DNA of 64,000 bases from an uncultured Candidatus Rokubacteria bacterium (GTDB taxonomy: Bacteria; Methylomirabilota; Methylomirabilia; Rokubacteriales; CSP1-6), in contig CAVYTA010000004.1 in the NCBI GenBank assembly GCA_963771355.1, positions 160,001 to 224,000 on the forward strand, read 5' to 3'. Of this stretch, positions 60,201 through 64,000 are shown one piece after another. A program made the position numbers and the translations under genes. The notes under the pieces are model-generated. The model worked only from the letters and a program-made list of their open reading frames with translations. It was not told the DNA's origin and ran no database searches. Positions within the stretch are counted from its first letter, which is position 1; each line of letters begins with the position of its first letter.

Positions 60201-62975
60201 GCGATCAACGTGAACGCCGGCGGCGGGGGCACCGGCGCGGCGGCGCTCGGGGGCATCACCACCGGGTCGGGCGGCGCCATCACGGTGTCGACGAACACCG
60301 GCGGCAACACGACCGGCGGCTCGATCACCCGCGCGGGCAGCTCACTCGATACCGGCGCCGGGTCGGTGGTGCTGACGGCGCCCACGACCGGGGCGAGCAG
60401 CGTCGGCACTGCCGCTGCCCGCATCCAGACCACATCGGGGTCGGTTACCGCCACCGCGGGCTCCGGCGGAATCTTCGTCACCGAGGCGGACGGCGCGAGC
60501 TTTCAGGGGACCGCCGCGGGGGCAGGGCAGGTGAATCTCGCGAGCACCGTGGGCACGCTCGCGATCGCGGCGCCGACGACCACCGGAAGCGGCGCGATCA
60601 CCCTCGCGAGCGGGGACGCGGTGGCGTTGAACGAGAATGTCGGCGGCGGCTCGGGGACGATCACGGTCAACGCGAACACGAACGGGGCGGGACCGGAGGG
60701 CTTCACCCAGAGCCCCGCCGCGAGCATCACGACAACCAACGCCTCGGCGACCGCGGTACAGGTGAATGTCAACGCCGCCGCCGGTGGGACCGGCGGGGCG
60801 GCGCTCGGAAACGTCACGACCGGCTCGGGCGGGCGGATCACGGTGGCCACGGATACCGGGGGCAATACCACGGGAGGCTCGATCACCCAGAGCGCCGGTC
60901 TTCTGCTTGGCACCGGCACGGGGTCGGTCATCCTGAGGACGCCGACGGCGGGGACGAGTGGCATCGGCGCGTCGGGCGCCGCCATCCAGACCACGGCGGG
61001 CACCGTGACCGGGACCGCGGGGTCGGGGGGCGTCTTCATCACCGAGACCAACGGGGCGAGCTTCACCGCGACGGCAACGGGGGCGGGACCGATCAGCCTG
61101 ACGAGCCTCGCCGGCACCCTCACCATCGCCGGCGCGACGACGACCGGCAGCGGGCCGATCACGCTCGCCAGCGGCGACGGGGTCACGGTCAACGCCAACC
61201 TCGGCGCCGGCGCATACTCGGGCCCTCTCGCGATCAGCGCCAACACCAACGGGGCGGGCGCGGAGGGCTTCACGCAGGCGGCCGGCGCCGCCATCGCCAC
61301 GACCGATGCTTCGGCGAGCGCGGTGGCGATCGCAGTGAACGCCGCCGGTGGCGGCACGGGCGGAGCCGTGCTCGGGAACATCACCACTGGCTCCGGAGGC
61401 ACCATCGCCGTCGGGACCAATACGAGCGGCAACGTCACGGGTGGGTCGATCACCCGGACCGGCGCGACCGTTCTCAATGCGGGGACAGGCGTGGTTGCGC
61501 TCGCGACGCCCGGGGCGGGGGCAAGTGGCGTCGGCACCGCGGGGACCCCGATGCAGACGAGGGCGGGCACGGTGGTGGCGAGCGCCGGCTCGGGCGGGGT
61601 GTTCATCACCGAGACCGACGGAGCGGCTTTCACGGCCACGGCGACGGGGGCGGGGCCCATCACGCTGACCAGCACCACGGGAACCCTCGGCATCGCGGGC
61701 GCCACCGGCACGGGGAGCGGCAACATCACGCTCTCGAGCGGCGATGCGGTGTCGCTGAGCGCGAACGTGGGGGGAGCCGGCTCCGGTACGGTTACCGTCA
61801 ACGCCAATACCAACGCCGCGGGGCTGGAGGGATTCACCCAGAATCCCGGCGGCAGCATCACGACCAGCAATGCCACTGCGACGGCGGTGCGGGTGAATGT
61901 GAACACCGCCGGCGGGGGAACGGGTGGCGCCGTCCTCGGCGACATCGCCACCGGCTCCGGCGGCACGATCACGGTGCGCACGGACATCGGTGGAAACGCC
62001 ACCGGCGGATCGATCGGCCAGCCGACGGGCGGACTCCTGCAGAGTGGCCCGGGCGCCGTGGTACTGGCGACCCCCTCCGGGGGAACGAGCGGCATCGGCA
62101 CCGCGGGAGCGCCCATCCAGACCGCGACGGGAGCGGTGACCGCGACGGCTGGGTCGGGGGGCGTCTTCATCACGGAGACCGACGGGGCGAGCTTCACGGC
62201 GACGGCGACGGGTGCGGGACCGGTCAGCCTTGCGAGCACCACGGGCACTCTCACCATCGCCGGCGCGACCAGCACCGGAACGGGCTCCATCGCGATCAGC
62301 GGCAACACGATCGTCCAGAACGCGAACCTGACCACGGGCGGGCCGATCACGGTGACGGCGGCGGCCGGACCCATCACGATGGCCGGCGGCTCACAGAGCA
62401 CGGCAGGCGGGAACGTCACCTATCAGGCGGCCGGCGACATCACCCTCCGCTCACTGACGAGCGGCGCCGTGGCGGGGGTGACGTCGACGGGTGGATCCAT
62501 CCTCGACGGCAATGCCGCCGCGCTCAATGTCTCGGCCGGCACTACCGCGCTCCAGGCCGGCGGCGTGATCGGAACGCTCACCGACCCGCTCGAGATCGCG
62601 GTGGCCGGCCTCGCCAACGTCAACGCCAACGGCGCGCAGTCGGGAGTATCGGTCAACATCAACGGGACGACGGGTGACAATACCCTGCAGTTCCCCCTCA
62701 CCGTGCCCGGCCAGATCTTCTTCAACGGGGTTCTTCTCTTCCCGATCGCCCCGCCGGTGGCTCCGGTTGTCCCGCCGCTGGCGCCGGGCATCCCCACGCT
62801 GGCACCGGGTGTCCTTCAAGGCGCCAGCCTTGGCGTCTACGAGCAGGCGATCGCCTCGTGCGAGCTGAGCACCGGCATGGACGCGCTGGTGCGACTGCCG
62901 ACCGCCTGCCGGCCGGGGGTGAGCGCCAAGCAGGAGCTGGCGGCTCCCCTGCCGGAGCTCAGCGAGTCCCCGTGA
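57273..62975 (+). CDS. TpsA filamentous haemagglutinin-family adhesin (1900 aa)
   Basis: AWG-LP signal cleavage, WSSFSIG, NRV, INPAGI TPS domain, GGFVEVSG, GTLLLDP, G/T/A/N-rich beta-helix repeats. Confidence 0.93.
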   Translation: MRRPRVSSRTTFTGFLPPPVRRGLASLLAVLFATGPAWGLPHGAVVVSGNATVSRTGPSTLQVVQVGGPVVIQWSSFSIGAGELVRFLQPGQASLAVNRVAAGNASVVMGQLLANGRIVLINPAGITVGAGGLIKVAGLVATTLELRDADLRTGRLLFEQGPGQLATILNQGTITVVPGGVVALVAPGVINRGTITAELGSVHLASGRQLIVDFAGDGLVRFAVDGALVGAPASTEARTEFPGVRNEGRIRADGGLVELTAKTAGDVLNGVVNNSGIVEARSLVNRGGVVRLIGGDDAAATATASGAIRPAGVVRGIVSNTGTIDVSAREAGAAPGQVLLVGERVGHVGTIDARGADGGRGGEVGIATTERSVLLPGSAIDVSGVGHASAGRVTVWSDQETTAATGATILARGGEQGGHGGFVEVSGGVGLSFDAAVDARAPAGATGTLLLDPRNITVRTTGGVAYNPGVNNLFGNNLGATTVITPASINAAAANVILQANSDITVTDPIAMANAAVGLTMQAGRSIMVNANVATNNGPISLTANSPGATLADRAAGAGGITMAVGTAINAGSQPISLSVGGLAGGTPGDIAARGLTSSAGGILLSTPNNLALSGVVNAGSGPVTIQTNTDGAGAQNFLMNAGSSIATTSTAANAVTINVNAAAGGTGTATVRDISTGAGGGITVRTDTGGNLTGGAITQSSGTLQSGGLLLSSPNAVTLSGVVNAGAGPVTIQTNTDGIGAQSFLMNVGSSIATTSTANAVAINVNAAAGGTGTATVRDISTGTGGIITVVTNTGGNTTGGTITQVAGTTLAGGAALSSANAVTLNGAINAGPAAVAIQANTDGAGAESFTMATGSSITTTNTGAGAVAINVNAAAGGTGTATVRDISTGAGGGITVRTDTGGNLTGGAITQSSGTLQSGGLLLRSPNAVTLSGVVNAGAGPVTIAANTDGVGNQTFTMGAASTITTTNASAGAVAINVNAGGGGTGAAALGGITTGSGGAITVSTNTGGNTTGGSITRAGSSLDTGAGSVVLTAPTTGASSVGTAAARIQTTSGSVTATAGSGGIFVTEADGASFQGTAAGAGQVNLASTVGTLAIAAPTTTGSGAITLASGDAVALNENVGGGSGTITVNANTNGAGPEGFTQSPAASITTTNASATAVQVNVNAAAGGTGGAALGNVTTGSGGRITVATDTGGNTTGGSITQSAGLLLGTGTGSVILRTPTAGTSGIGASGAAIQTTAGTVTGTAGSGGVFITETNGASFTATATGAGPISLTSLAGTLTIAGATTTGSGPITLASGDGVTVNANLGAGAYSGPLAISANTNGAGAEGFTQAAGAAIATTDASASAVAIAVNAAGGGTGGAVLGNITTGSGGTIAVGTNTSGNVTGGSITRTGATVLNAGTGVVALATPGAGASGVGTAGTPMQTRAGTVVASAGSGGVFITETDGAAFTATATGAGPITLTSTTGTLGIAGATGTGSGNITLSSGDAVSLSANVGGAGSGTVTVNANTNAAGLEGFTQNPGGSITTSNATATAVRVNVNTAGGGTGGAVLGDIATGSGGTITVRTDIGGNATGGSIGQPTGGLLQSGPGAVVLATPSGGTSGIGTAGAPIQTATGAVTATAGSGGVFITETDGASFTATATGAGPVSLASTTGTLTIAGATSTGTGSIAISGNTIVQNANLTTGGPITVTAAAGPITMAGGSQSTAGGNVTYQAAGDITLRSLTSGAVAGVTSTGGSILDGNAAALNVSAGTTALQAGGVIGTLTDPLEIAVAGLANVNANGAQSGVSVNINGTTGDNTLQFPLTVPGQIFFNGVLLFPIAPPVAPVVPPLAPGIPTLAPGVLQGASLGVYEQAIASCELSTGMDALVRLPTACRPGVSAKQELAAPLPELSESP
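59109..60390 (+). repeat. Four tandem ~107-aa (318-321 nt) repeats inside TpsA
   Basis: Unit starts at 59109, 59430, 59748, 60069 (LSGVVNAG/LNGAINAG...); long near-identical DNA stretches. Confidence 0.85.
60597..62300 (+). repeat. Three tandem ~187-aa (561-567 nt) repeats inside TpsA
   Basis: ITLASGD/ITLSSGD at 60597, 61158, 61725; each contains AGSGGVFITET(D/N)GA. Confidence 0.8.
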
Positions 62976-62985
62976 GGGTCCTCGG

Positions 62986-64000
62986 TCAGCGTGGGGGCCC
63001 CCGCCAGTCGCGGTAGAAGATCGCCGACTGGACGCGCGCGAACTCCACGAGCCCGCGGTCCTTGGCCAGCACCGCGTCCAGCCGCTCGAGATCCCCCGCG
63101 TCGCCCTCCCGCCAGTAGAACGCCGTGAGCTGAAGGCCCCGCGGCTTGAGCGCGGGCGCGATGTGGTAGGAGGCGCCCGGCGGCCCGCTGCGTCCCGGCA
63201 GTCGCCGGCGCTCGCCGAGCGATCCCTGGAAGACGTAGAAGGCGTCGTCGGGCGGCAGGAACTGGAGGCGATAGTCCGGCTCCGTCCGGCCCTCGGTGAT
63301 GTCCTCGGCGCCCAGCAGCGGCCGCTTCTCACCGGAGATCAGGTAGCGCAGCGAGGCGGCGCCGGGTGTCCCCATCATCCGGTGGGACACGCGCCCGGGC
63401 TGATGCGGGTAGAGCACGTTGGAGCGAACGGACACGTCCAGCACCACGCGCCCGTCGGGGGACAGGATGGCGTCGCGACCAAAGAGATAGGTGTGCATGT
63501 GATTGTGCTGCTGGAGCATGAGGGCCACCGGCTTGGCACGCCGGTCCAGGGCGACAATCGCCGCGGGGTAGTGGTCGAGCTGACGCCAGTCCTCCGGCGA
63601 GGCCACGCGCTCGATCAGCCACTCCTGCCAGGCCAGCATGCCGGCCGGCAGCCCCGAGCGGCGGAACACCGCGTGATAGGTGAGGAAGGTGAACGGCTCG
63701 ACCACGGGGCCACCTTCCGTCTCGAACGTCACGTCCTCCTGGTCCACGCGCCCGTACACGGTGGGAGTGCCCGGCCGGCCCGAGGGCTCGTGGACGAAGA
63801 CCGCCCCGGGATCGCGCTTGTGAGCATTGAGGGCCAGCCGGTCGAGCGGGCCTGACACGCGGCGGCCCGCGCCGTCGGTGAGATGGCCTTGCGGGACATA
63901 GTCCACATAGAAATCGATCAAGCCGGGATGGTCCGGCGGCAGCAGGAAGTGCGGCCGATGCCGACGGAGCAGGGCCTGCTCGACGGGGCCGGCGGCCGTG
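62986..64000 (-). CDS. Hypothetical protein, 5' end outside window
   Basis: Frame stays open from the window edge (TAAGPVEQALLRRHRPHFLLPPDHPGLIDFY...) to the stop at 62986; natural composition. Confidence 0.7.
   Translation of the reverse strand, partial: TAAGPVEQALLRRHRPHFLLPPDHPGLIDFYVDYVPQGHLTDGAGRRVSGPLDRLALNAHKRDPGAVFVHEPSGRPGTPTVYGRVDQEDVTFETEGGPVVEPFTFLTYHAVFRRSGLPAGMLAWQEWLIERVASPEDWRQLDHYPAAIVALDRRAKPVALMLQQHNHMHTYLFGRDAILSPDGRVVLDVSVRSNVLYPHQPGRVSHRMMGTPGAASLRYLISGEKRPLLGAEDITEGRTEPDYRLQFLPPDDAFYVFQGSLGERRRLPGRSGPPGASYHIAPALKPRGLQLTAFYWREGDAGDLERLDAVLAKDRGLVEFARVQSAIFYRDWRGPPR

Noticed and set aside
58991..62419. Repetitive antisense ORFs and tandem DNA repeats that might suggest a CRISPR array or second gene
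   Set aside because: Mirror of the TpsA coding repeats; periods are multiples of 3 and there is no short repeat-spacer structure.

Overview
Very GC-rich (roughly 70% or more by eye), gene-dense chromosomal segment of a diderm bacterium, since it carries a two-partner secretion pair and sigma-54 promoters. Composition and gene style suggest Ca. Rokubacteria/Methylomirabilota, but this is inference only. About 56 genes, mostly accessory metabolism: flavin/LLM monooxygenases, M24 hydrolase, D-carbamoylase, thiolase-like/DUF35/TauD, CoA transferase, YjhG/YagF dehydratase, PaoABC-type molybdoenzyme, two enolase-superfamily enzymes, a Tat-exported amidohydrolase and PrpE. Thiol-redox genes (Prx5, TrxA, Bcp, TrxB, two DinB-like) are scattered through the window. 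Highlights: (1) squalene-hopene cyclase plus a close HpnP (hopanoid C-2 methylase) homologue abutting an MMPL transporter; (2) the uncharacterised phosphomutase/DUF3090/PI-kinase-like trio, here without mshC, followed by an EamA transporter and apparently starting at a non-canonical ATT codon; (3) a TpsB/TpsA pair whose 1900-aa adhesin has mosaic tandem repeats and a C-terminal two-cysteine loop; (4) three sigma-54 promoters and many leaderless-type starts; (5) three separate +1 frameshifts (probably assembly errors) and an internally deleted GT2 gene. I saw no rRNA, tRNA, CRISPR array, integrase or transposase. All family calls come from motif recognition, not database searches.
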